63,998 bases of DNA, filler included, from Octopus bimaculoides (GCF_001194135.2; 3 parts of 3 records of this genome joined end to end with filler, not necessarily neighbours in it), one strand, 5' to 3'; positions 41,471 through 52,963 are shown, numbered from the whole stretch's first letter. Notes: generated by a model not told the origin, from the letters alone. Numbers and translations: made by a program.

Positions 41471-42590
41471 CTGTAAGAGGGAAAAACTGAAATTAATTTT
41501 ATCCTTTCATATATTTTAAAATTTAAAGAGAACACATGGAGAGAAAAATGGGACATGTGAAATCATGCATCTGTAACTTTGGTCTTCATGTATTCTTTTC
41601 TTTACTCATTTCAGATGGAGGCACTGCTTCCAAGGGCTGTAGCTGATCATAGAACTGACCCCAGTGCTTCTTTCAGAGGCTTGTACTTATATTATCAAAC
41701 ACTATTTATTGGCTAACTACATTACAGGACACTCACACAGCAATGCCTAACTTAAGTAACAATGAAATGGTTTGTGTAAAATTAAATAGTAGCAAGAAAT
41801 TAACAATGTAGATTCTTGTTGTTTAATAGCAAGTCAGCTCTCACTGAGATGATTTACAATCAAAGGCACTTCAACCATGAGCATCCTTTAGGTGTACTCA
41901 CATTATTGTACATCTACATAATGATTCTCTCATAACAACTTTGACAAGTACAGTGAAGTGTATGCCTTGCTAATGTGGTCTAATAAGGTCAAAGCCTGAG
42001 CACAGTTGTTACGTCTACTTGCTAAAATGATTAAAATAATATTAGTCTGTGTTAAATTAGTAGACTCCTGTTGTGATTGGGAAACACAATAAAGCAATGG
42101 TGTTAATTATGATGTTAATGGTGACAATGGCAACAACAATGATGATCAATTTTAATCTATAAACTGCTGAGACATGGGAACCTATATTCTTGCACTTGTC
42201 TCAGTCATCGGACTGGAGTAAGCGACAACAACTTTGAGACTAAAGTTGCTAACAAGAACCCAAACTCTGACTGGTATAATGAAAGGCAAAGTAGACCTGG
42301 GTAGGATTTGGAATTGGAAAGTAGCCAAATACCAAGTATTTTGTTACACATTTCACCAACTCTGTCATCCATCGAAATTGGAAATAATCATCATCTACAA
42401 GAAATGACAGAGCTACCAGATGAATCAAGGATATTGATTCTTTCCAAATGATACAGAACAAAGTAAAAATATCTACTTTTTAGATCACAAGGTGATATAA
42501 TAGGGAAAAAGCAGAAAAAGTCATTCATCTAGAATAAATGTTCTCAATATAAATTTGATTCACCAAGTTACCAGTTATTGTTTTACAACA

Positions 42591-42637
<47 letters not shown>

Positions 42638-42792
42638 TATGTATTTCTTCTATCTTAATGAATAAAAATTCTTCGGATAGAATAAATGGGTTAATAGAAA
42701 CCAATGTAGCAAAGAACACAAAATAACTGTGGTGTAGTTCCTGTTTTTANNNNNNNNNNNNNNNNNNNNNNNNNNNNNNNNNNNNNNNNNNN

Positions 42793-42960
42793 CATATGTT
42801 TCAAAGGATTACAACCTGTGTGATCCATAGGGATCTGTGATATTAAAATTGTAACCTTCTCTTCAGGGATGATTCCCGTGAATTCCCTGAAGAGAAGGTT
42901 ACAATTTTAATATCACAGATCCCTATGGATCACACAGGTTGTAATCCTTTGAAACATATG
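42793..42960. repeat. Perfect 77-bp inverted repeat with 14-bp spacer, abutting a gap
   Basis: 42793-42869 is the exact reverse complement of 42884-42960. Confidence 0.92.
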
Positions 42961-42967
42961 TAGGAAT
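42882..42967 (+). ncRNA. Type I hammerhead motif with long stem II (second family)
   Basis: ATTCC CTGAAGA GAAGGTTACAA...TTGTAATCCTTT GAAA CATATG TA GGAAT. Stem I 5 bp, stem II 11 bp with one bulge, short palindromic stem III, GUA triplet. Confidence 0.75.
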
Positions 42968-43021
42968 AAAGTATGCAATTATAACATCCGTTTTCTCCAT
43001 TCCTTACATTTTTAAACATAT

Positions 43022-43054
<33 letters not shown>

Positions 43055-43350
43055 ATATGGACTGGTAGGAAACAGAGTAAATGATTGTTTCTAAGATAGG
43101 CACAAGGCCTAAAATTTGGGAATAAGCAGTTAGTTGATGCCATCATCCCTAGTACTTGACTGGTATTTTATTTTATCAACCTTGAAAGGATGAAAGGCAA
43201 AGCTGGCCGCAACAGAATGTAGAACACAGAATGTAAAGAACTAGAACAAAGGTGACAAAGCATTTTGTTCTGATGCTCTGTGGTTCTGCCGATTCATTAC
43301 TTTAAGTGAAGCAAATAATGACTACCACAACACAGAATTATTATTATTAT

Positions 43351-43650
43351 TGCGAGCGAGATCGTTGCCAGTGCCCCTGGACTGGCTCTTGTGTGGGTGG
43401 CACATAAAATGCACCATTTTGAGTGTGGCCGTTGCCAGTACCGCCTGACTGGCCTTTGTGCGGTTGACACGTAAAAGCACCCACTACACTCTCGAAGTGG
43501 TTGACATTAGGAAGGGCATCCAGCTGTAGAAACTCTGCCAAATCAGATTGGAGCCTGGTGTAGCCATCCGGTTTCACCAGTCCTCAGTCAAATCGTCCAA
43601 CCCATGCTAGCATGGAAAGCGGACGTTAAACGATGATGATGATGATGATG
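43351..43650 (+). mobile_element. RTE-tail repeat family copy
   Basis: Same family; tail ends ~110 nt from the SNX8 exon donor at 43762. Confidence 0.85.
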
Positions 43651-43762
43651 AGTAACTAGAGCAAAGAAAATTGTTTAAATGGATACAAGGGTGAAAGGGG
43701 GAGAAAAGAGGGAGGAAGAAAGGAGGAGAGAAAGAAGAGAAAAATTACAGATTTTGACTTAC

Positions 43763-43884
43763 CGAACCAACAAATGTAAGAAAACATTCAAATAACTTAT
43801 CGTTATGCATACGAGGATGTCGACCAATAATGTTAAGGTAGCGACGTAAAGATTTCCTGCGCTGCTCAATGAATTCACGATTGG
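43763..43884 (-). CDS. SNX8: SNX8 exon (PX C-terminal half)
   Basis: ttccag acceptor, gtaagt donor, 122 nt, phase 1-0. Encodes (A)NREFIEQRRKSLRRYLNIIGRHPRMHNDKLFECFLTFVGS. Confidence 0.95.
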
Positions 43885-44381
43885 CTGGAATGAAATGGAA
43901 AATTGTTTACGATTCAAAGTTTAAAAATTTTATACAATTAGAAACTATTTTTTGAAAGCCTACAAAGCTGCAAGATTTATTTTATGTATATACATATATA
44001 TAATTTATTCCAACTCAAAAAACTTTGAAGTCCTTCACAATGTTTAAGTTGACATATTCAGTTGGAATCAACATAAGAGACAAAATTCAAATTAATAAAT
44101 TCACAGGCGAAGTGAACCAGAAATATCAACAAATACCATGATGTATTTTTTATTGATACTGGTCTATCTATTCTATCTCCTGCCTCCCACCCACAACTGA
44201 CTCTCTCTCTCTGTTTATATATATGAAAATATAATTGTCACTAAATGTGACTAAGGATGCCAAGACACCTACATTGCTAGAAATAGAAGCTAAAATGCTA
44301 TAATGCTGTAGGAAAAGCACATAATTGCATACATATATGCTCACAAGAGCTGTAATCGCCCAAAAACACTGACTTGAGAAT

Positions 44382-44434
44382 TCCCTATACCGAATGTTCA
44401 GTTTCGGCTATTTCTGTAGCCTCTTCAGTAAGGA
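44382..44434 (-). ncRNA. Type I hammerhead ribozyme motif, structurally complete
   Basis: Minus strand: TCCTTA CTGAAGA GGCTA CAGAAA TAGCC GAAA CTGA ACAT TCGG TA TAGGGA. Stem I 6 bp, stem II 5 bp, stem III 5 bp, core CUGANGA/GAAA, GUA cleavage triplet. Confidence 0.85.
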
Positions 44435-44566
44435 CTGCTCATTAGGCTGTTTCTACGCTTACTCCACCATCAGCACATATGCATTTACCATAAAAATTTA
44501 TGGATGATTAAGTGAATTGCTAATGTGTATACAAAAATTAGTATAAACAGCCATGCGCAATGTGTT

Positions 44567-44729
44567 CATCATCATCATCGTCGTTTAACGTCCGCTTTCC
44601 ATGCTAGCATGGGTTGGACGATTTGACTGAGGACTGGTGAAACCGGATGGCAACACCAGGCTCCAATCTAATTTGGCAGAGTTTCTACAGCTGGATGCCC
44701 TTCCTAACGCCAACCACTCAGAGAGTGTT
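44567..44729 (-). mobile_element. Short RTE-tail copy inserted into the HHR tandem repeat
   Basis: Same family; possible GTGTT duplication at 44562-66 and 44725-29. Confidence 0.8.
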
Positions 44730-44866
44730 AGCATAAAAGAAAATATAGTTTTCACTAAATGTGACTAAGGGTGTCAAGATATCTACATTGCTAGAAGTAT
44801 CTTATTTCAAGCAATGGAAATTTTGACACCTACAATGCTCTGATGCTATAGGAAAAGCATATATTA

Positions 44867-45002
<136 letters not shown>

Positions 45003-45159
45003 TGTACAGATTTTATATATTAAGAAAAAAGAGATAAACAGAATTTTGGATAATTATTTATTCAGCACTTTCATCTTACTTTGGGGAATCATCAGAAATT
45101 ATTCTTTTACAGAAAATTTATACCTTTTATGCCATCATCATTATGTGTGTGTGTGTGTA

Positions 45160-47198
45160 TTAGGTTGTCTCACATGAAATGTTGCACTTGAAAAAGGAAA
45201 CATTAAAATTGTTTTTAAGTTTTAGAAGATTTATTTATTTAATAAAAAAAATGTGATCCTTGATCATTTATGATCTTCATCCAACGTTCCTCTAAGGCAT
45301 CTTCAAAGAACTTGTCATCTGATAAACTGTTTGAAAGCTTCAATTACCTCTTCCTTATTTAAGAATGTTTTATTGCGGATAGCAAACTCGAAGTGTTTAA
45401 ATATGTGATAATCAGTAGGAGAGATATCAGGAGAATAAGGAGGATGTGCCAAAATTTCCTAATTCAGGCTTTGCAACTTGTGGACGTAGCTTGAGAGGTG
45501 TGAGGCCGTGCATTATCATGAAGCAAAATTGAGCCATCTCTAGTCACTAATCTGGGTTGCTTCTTTGTTAATTTTTTGACCCGCTGGATGTGTAATGTCA
45601 ATATGCATACACAACAGAGTGTAAGTGCCCTGAGAGAAAAGTTGGGCATAAGAAGCATCAAATGTGGTGTGCAAGAGAGATGATTGCACTGGTATGGTCA
45701 TGTGTTACGTATGGATGAGGACAGCTGCGTGAGGAAGTGTCACTCCCTAACTGTGGAAGGAACTTGTGGAAGAGGTAGACCCAGGAAGACATGGGATGAG
45801 GTGGTGAAGCATGACCTTCGAATATTGGGCCTCACAGAGTCAATGACAGCAGACCGAGACCTTTGGGGATACACTGTGATTGAGAAGACCCAGTAACTAA
45901 AGTAAGATGGTAGCCACGCATGTCTGGCCCAAACAAGAGTACCCCTGTGGTTTCGTGCAATATGATATGCTTGAGAAGACCTGTTGAGTCAAGTAAAACC
46001 AATATCGTAGCTGTGGCCAATACCCACTGACTGGCTCCCATGCCGGTGGTACGCAAGAAGCACCATCCGAATGTGACCAATGCCAGTACTCCCGACTGGC
46101 TCTCATGCTGGTGGCTCGTAAAAAACACCAACCGAATGTGGCCGATGCCAGTACTCCCTGACTGGCCCTTGTGCCAGTGGCACATAAAAAACACTATCCA
46201 AATGTGATTGGTTCCAGGCCCGCCTGACTGGCTCCTGTGCCAGTGGCACGTAAAAAGCACCCAGTACACTCTCAGAGTGGTTCGTGTTAGGAAGGGCATC
46301 CAGCTGTAGAAACATTGCCAAATCAGATTGGAGCCTCCAAACCTCAGTCAAACCGTCCAACACATGCCAGCATGGAAAATAGACGTTAAATGATGATGAT
46401 GATGCATACAATCAACTACCTGGCAACAGGATGTTGTTGTTATAGTTTTTCTTTGTTGCAAAAATGAATAATGAATAACCCCCTTTGTTGACCACCATAC
46501 AGTGACCATCAATTTTTTAGGATGCAATGGTGGCTTTGGGTAGTGTTTTGGTGACTCTCCTGTGTCTAATTATTGTCTTGTCCTCCTGCTGTTATCAAAG
46601 AGTATCCATTTCTCAAAGCACATAATGAGTCAGTACAAAAATGGTTCTCTTTCCAACCGAGAAATCAACATGAAACGTACTGTAAGGTGTCTGTTTCTTC
46701 GAATCTCATATTTTTTGACTTTTCCAAGTTTCTTCAAGTGTCAAGAAGCAGTTGTGGGAGATGTCTGGAGCTCTGATCCGATTTTTCGTACCATTGTTCG
46801 CGGAATTCGTTTAACCAAGGCATTCAATTCCTCATGCCAGATAACTGATTTTGGTCTCCCTCTTGGTTCATTTTTAAGGCTTTCATTTCCTGAACGAAAT
46901 CTATGGAACCATCTCTGAACAGTTCTAATATCAACAGAATCATTACCAAAACCCCACTTGATGGTCCATAGAGCTTTGGTGGCAGAGTGACCCAACTTGT
47001 ATTCGTACAAGAAAATCACTTGGTATTGTTCAGTTGTCATAAGAGCTGTGTGTAGCAATTTTGAATAATAGTATTGTCTAGAAAAAGAAGACTTGAGAGT
47101 AAACACAAGCATATACACAGAAACTCATTAAAATCCATTTCTAGATGACTCATAAAAAACCCATTTATAATAGGACATTTCATGTGAGACAACCTAAT
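45160..47198 (-). mobile_element. Near full-length mariner transposon (DD34D), inactivated, split by an RTE insertion
   Basis: ~24-bp TIRs TTAGGTTGTCTCACATGAAA(A)TGT with TA duplications at 45158-59 and 47199-200. Transposase remnants FLYEYKLGHSA..TVQRWFHRFRSGNESL, LLHDNARPH, HPPYSPDISPTDYH. Confidence 0.92.
45581..46404 (+). mobile_element. RTE-clade LINE 3' fragment with 3' UTR and (GAT)n tail
   Basis: Encodes LHWYGHVLRMDEDSCVRKC..GRGRPRKTWDEVVKHDL, then a repetitive UTR and a GACGTTAAATGATGATG tail. Confidence 0.85.
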
Positions 47199-47797
47199 AT
47201 ATATGTATGTATGTGTGTGCGTGTGTGGGTGTTAGTTGAAAAAATCTAGAGTTGAATGGGTAAGAAAATGTTCTTTTGTTATCAATATGTGATGCATATA
47301 TGTGTGTGCATGTGTGTATGTGTATGTGTGTGTAAGTATATGTGTGGTAAATTTATGGACGCTTGGTTGGGGGGGGGGGGAGAGACAAAAGAAAGAAAGA
47401 AGTCTTTTTTCTGGGGTGGTTGAAGCTGTATTCTTATGGTCAGTTGCTACACAGCTGCTGAAGTCAATTTTGCTTTAGTTATTGTTTTGAAAGCATCTCT
47501 CTCTCTCTTTCTCTCTGTGTGCATGCATGTGTAAGGGTGTGTGTGGTACATTTTGGAGGTTTGGTTAGAGGGGGGGAAAAGTATCTTATTATTTGGCTGG
47601 TTGAAATTGTATCATATTCTTAAGGTCAGTTGCTACAGAGCTGTTAAAGTTAGTGATAATTCAAGATGTTAAATTTGTTTTAGTCACTGCTTTGAAAGTA
47701 TATTTCTCTCTTTCTCTCTATCACATTATATACATATTAACATGCGTGTAAATATACACATACATATACTCATATATATACAATGAGATATATATAC

Positions 47798-47830
<33 letters not shown>

Positions 47831-47936
47831 TATCCATCCACCCATCCATGTACAGGGTGCAGTGAATAAATTGTCATCTAAATTACCCAAAAATGAAAAT
47901 AACACTGTCATCTCATTTTAACATATATTTTCCAAA

Positions 47937-48326
47937 ATTTTTTCTGTAAAAACCTATTTTCACATTAAATGAGTCAACTTCCAGTACGAATGTTTACGTT
48001 TTGTATGTCTTTTTTTAACAAAAAAAGTTTCTAAATAATTCTGGAAACAATCTACTCATACAATTTACACACCCAGGTAGATTCAATGTGACAAGGCTTC
48101 ATCTTTGAAAGTGTTTGCTCATAGACATACTGTAAAAACCCATGTAATTTACGCACTTTTTTTCGCAAAAATAAAAATAAACTTTAGTGGGTGTGTAAAT
48201 TGTATGAGTAGATTGTTTCCAGAATTATTTAGAAACTTTTTTTGTTAAAAAAAGACATACAAAACGTAAACATTCGTACTGGAAGTTGACTCATTTAATG
48301 TGAAAATAGGTTTTTACAGAAAAAAT
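47937..48326. repeat. Perfect 139-bp inverted repeat with 112-bp spacer
   Basis: 47937-48075 is the exact reverse complement of 48188-48326, including homopolymer lengths. Confidence 0.9.
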
Positions 48327-51300
48327 AAGGGCTTAGATATAACGAAGTTGCTGTAATTCAAGTTGTGTGCATGCATGCACACACACACACACACAGATAT
48401 AAATGTCTGCATAGAGAAAGACCGAATGAACTAAACAGAACAGGAGGAGACACATGTAATTCAATCATGAAGAGGAATGTTTTATCTTTATTTTGATATA
48501 AAATCGATGGGGATAGGTCAGATAATTATTAGAAAATAGAAAGGTGAAAATTTTATAGTCAAAATGGAGAAAAATCCCACTTATATGGGTGTCCTGATCC
48601 GAAATTCTACCGTTTATAGCTATTTTAAATAGTCTATCAAAATATTACTGAAATGGTGTCATGTCCCAAAACCTCAAGATTTATTTAGTTCTATACCTAC
48701 AAGAAATGTGCCAAAACTCAAGTCCCTGTGGTTTGTACTTTTGAAATTAACTAGGTCTGAAAACAGCAAAATTGAAAAAATACATCCATTTTAGCAAACT
48801 CACTTTCTAACTGCAACTCACAACTCACTTTACAAATTTTCTGCATGAAACTATTTCCCTCCTTCACTCAACTGATATTCTCTGCATCCAATTCATTCCG
48901 TACCTCTAATAATATTCTCACTCTAGCACACTGACCTACATATCTACCTTTTCCTCAATCCTAGTTTGTCTCTGATATTCACCATGTACCTTGTCTTTTC
49001 AGCAAGACACCTACTCCTGTCCCTCTATTTTAGTTTCTTATCCCTCAATTCTATAACCCCATTCAGTTGTGAGGTCTTGTCTTGCAGGTACTTGGTGACC
49101 CCACCCATGCTGGTGTCATGTAAAAAAGCACCCAGTAACACTCTGTGAAGTGGTCAGCATTAGGAAGGACATCCATGCCAAAGAAGACATTAGAACTTAG
49201 TGCAGCCGATGACAGTACCGAATGGAACAATAAACCCCCCCACTACCACACTACGCAACATGATGACTAAAGACAGAAGTGGGAGAGATACAAACTGTAT
49301 AGTACATAAACCCGTATACACACAAAAGACACACATACGAATACTTAAGATGAAATGAAAAAAGAGATAAAGTAAATAAACACGAGAAAAAAACTATATA
49401 AAGGACATGGATACAAATGATATAGTAAGCAAACACAGACATGTGTACACGCATGCACACACACAGATTTAAATGCATGCACAGAGAAAGACCGAATGAA
49501 CTAAACAGAACAGGAGGAGACACATGGGATGGAAGAGCTACTGAAGAGGTTACAGGTGTGTGATAAAAGTTTTCTAGACAATGGACATAGATAAAATAAG
49601 AACAATAATAAACGAGTGAAGAATGAATATATAGTGTGTGTGTTTATTTGACAAGAAAAAAAAAACCCCTGAAACAATTCTTGTTTAGAATGGTGGAATT
49701 CAAAAGTTGATAAAAAGCTCCTATGATGTCAGCAACAATTAATTCTCCCTCATAGAAATAAAGTTTCTAAAATGAATAGAGAAATTTGAAGAATTACTTT
49801 GGTCCAGCAGTAGAACACCTGCCATATCTACAAGAGATGTGGGTTCATGTTCCACAGGTAGCCTTCAGATTTTTCTCTCAATGATGTTACAAGACAACAG
49901 TCTGGTATGCAAATATTTGAAAAAGAACAAAAATTCTTGTTACTAGAGCCAATACTTTTGATTGCTACTGACTTGGTCTAGACTTTAAAGCATAAAAATT
50001 GATGATAGAATTGTAACCAAAATTAGAACTTGACTGACAATAGATTAATACCACAAGCAGAATGGATTGAGAGATTGTGTTCTCTGGGCATCTGCATGGA
50101 GCAATATTATCAGAGCAGAGGCCTAGCCCAAACTGTAACAAAATCTGAGTGTTATTGAGATCAGTAGTTTTTGTCTTTTAAAAATTAATTCTGAAGGATA
50201 AAATCTAGTTCGAGATACAAATGAGTGGAATCAGAACTTGTTAAGAGCAAATATCAATTATTGCTCTTTTGGCCTCTATCAACAAACCTACAATTCATCT
50301 GAGTTCAATATGTAGAATAAATTTGTAGAAAATGTTAAGTACTGGTGATAGTGCAATGTAAAAAGTAGTAAAAAGCACTGGTGATGATGCCATGTAAAAA
50401 ACACCCAGTATGCTCTGTGAAGTGGTTGGCATTAGGAAGGGTATCCAGCTGTAGAAGCGAAGCCAAAACAGACAAAGGGACCTGGTGTGGTCCTTAGCTT
50501 TGCTAGCTCCTGTCAAGATGTCCAACCCCTGCCAGCACGGAAAATGGACATTAAATGACAATGTGAAAAAAACTTTTACTTTTTACTTCTATTTTAAAAA
50601 GCTAATCAAGGGTTGAAGTGGATTAGTGTCCCTGATCTTTGCAAGCTCTCTCAGGAATATTTACTCACACAATTGTTTGCAAGAAAGCAAGAAATTAATT
50701 AGCTACAACAATGTAATTACGTATTTAAAAAAAATATAACTGCAATATATCTAAACAATCTGATAATATGATATAATACTTTATGTAGCACATCAACCAG
50801 TACCAGTGTGTACAGGTCAGAAATTAAGAACAATAGTAAACTTAGGATATCTTAGCAGTTAATTCATAAAAATAACTACAGGCATGGTTGTATCATTAAG
50901 AAATTCACTTCCCAACCATGTGGTTTCAGGTTCAGTCTCACTGTATGGTACCTTGGGCAAGTGCCTTCTATTATATTCTGGGATCACTCAGATTTTGCTG
51001 ATTAGATTTGGGACACAGTAACTGGCAGAAGCTCATTGTGTGTGCGTGTGTGTGTGCGTGTGTGTTTGTGCTTGTGTCTCCTTGTCTAGACATCACTTGC
51101 TAACTGTAAACAAGCATCACCATCATATACCATGGGGCAATAAAAATTCTGGGTTCCACAAGAAATAAAAAGTGAATTAGTTTTTGTGTTTTTAGGACAG
51201 CTAAAATGGCTTTCCAACAATGTAGTTACATTTTAACAAACATAATGTAAACTTAGTTGTTCCTAAAAAGACAGCATGGTCTCAGCTGTTCTAGTTGAGT

Positions 51301-51573
51301 TTGATCTTAGGTCTGCCTGCTCAAGGCTAAATTGGGGCTAAACAACAACAGCTTAGTAATAGTGAGATCTAACATTGGTACAAGGTCAACCTGACTTTTC
51401 TGTACACAATTAGCACCGATATCATTAACCATGAGATAAAAAAATAACAATATTCAAATTAAGAATGCTGAAGACTGACAGAAAAACTGGTGCACTAACA
51501 TCTCTATCATTCAGCCATGATTTCAAAGGAATAAAAAACAACAACAAAAAATAAAACAAACCAAGACACTTAC

Positions 51574-51691
51574 CGCCCATCATTTTCTTTGGAGGTAACC
51601 TGGGGATCATTCGGTAAGGAAACCGCATCATTAACATTTCGTTGATTACTAAGAAATCATTGTATCGACGTAGAACTGTACTATGAAATTT
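51574..51691 (-). CDS. SNX8: SNX8 exon (PX core)
   Basis: tttcag acceptor, gtaagt donor, 118 nt, phase 0-1. Encodes KFHSTVLRRYNDFLVINEMLMMRFPYRMIPRLPPKKMMG (RRYNDF and LPPK PX motifs). Confidence 0.96.
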
Positions 51692-52052
51692 CTGAAATTA
51701 AAACAATATAAAAGTCAAAACTATATATATTATTGATATTTGATTAAGGCATAAGGCCACAAATTTTGAGGTAAAGTGTAAAGGATTTAAATTTGCCTAA
51801 TGTTGTTACTGGTACTTATTCTATTGATACCAGCAGAAAGACCGACACATTTAATGAAAACGAATCAGTATTTTGTGTTTTTAGGATAGCTAAAATGGCT
51901 TTCCAACAATGTAATTGCCTTTTAACAAACATTAGATAATTTGTGTAAATTTTTCGACTATGATTTTCCTTTGTATCCTTTGTCTAATAGTACACACTCA
52001 CTCAGTAAATATTTCTTTCATTATTTTATTGTAGTGCTAATCTCTCTTTCAT

Positions 52053-52267
52053 TTAAGCCTTTAGCATTCAGATTACTCTGTCAAATGTTTATTAATATTG
52101 TTTTGAATTATTCATACATTATCTTATAGCTTAAAAATTTTGATGATGTGGTTGTATACTTTTGGAATGACATTGTATATTATAAGAGGCCAGATCTGGC
52201 CAGTTTAAACATAAGACAGGCAGAATATTTTGGCCGGATAAGGCCAGTCTAAAAGTTAATGGGTTAC
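52053..52267. mobile_element. piggyBac-type MITE, same family as 23172-23390, opposite orientation
   Basis: TTAAGCCTTTAGCATTCAGATTACTCTGTCAAAT... matches the reverse complement of the 23.3-kb copy. Another copy spans the gap at ~63330-63575. Confidence 0.65.
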
Positions 52268-52963
52268 ATAAAATAATCTTCAACAGGGTTGCTTATTATG
52301 ATAGAAACAACAGGGATCATGAGGTATTTTCTGAGGCATATAACATACTAAACAACCATACCAGATACATTTTTTTTTTTTTTTTTCAAATTATACTAGT
52401 GTAGCAATTTCAGATTATTTCAATCACATTCAGTTGACCTCTTAGTAACTTGAAATTATATTCATATTAAGAGGGAGAGGCAAGGATGAAATATATTTCA
52501 AATTACCCTCAGAGGTAATTTGAAATTGATTTCATCCTATCCCTATGGTTTTAGATTACTCCCTCAGGCTCTTCTCCCAAATGTTCATCACCTTGGTGGC
52601 AAAAAAAGTGTGTTTCCAATGTGTGTGTGCATGTGTTGGATATATGTGTGTAAATCACAAAGAGTTTTAAGCATCCACTTTGTTAGTTAAAGTTGATAGA
52701 AGTCGTATTTTAAGTGTATAAATATATTTCTTGTATAATAATTGTGTATGAATATATTTTGTTTTATTCTTTTACTTGTTTCAGTCATTTGACTATGGCC
52801 ATGCTGGAGCACCGCCTTAAAGGGTTTTAGTCAAGGAAATCAGCTCCAGTATTTATTCTTTGTACTTATTCTACCGGTTTCTTTTACTGAACCACTAAGT
52901 TATGGGGACATAAACACACCAGCATCAGTTGTCAAGCGATGACGGGGGTACAAACACAAGCAT

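Larger units (their letters stand above)
44225..44860 (-). repeat. HHR-bearing tandem repeat (one full ~350-nt monomer plus part of a second), retrozyme-like
   Basis: GAAAATATA..CACTAAATGTGACTAAGG..ACATTGCTAGAA occurs at 44225 and 44739. Removing the 44567-44729 insertion gives a ~350-nt period. Homologous to 59001-59600. Confidence 0.7.

Noticed and set aside
46100-46260. Short repeats with variable spacers resembling a CRISPR array
   Set aside because: Eukaryotic LINE 3' UTR repeats; the spacers are related to each other and there are no cas genes.
49540-49570. CTGAAGA GGTTAC... possible hammerhead
   Set aside because: No GAAA and no convincing stems I or III.
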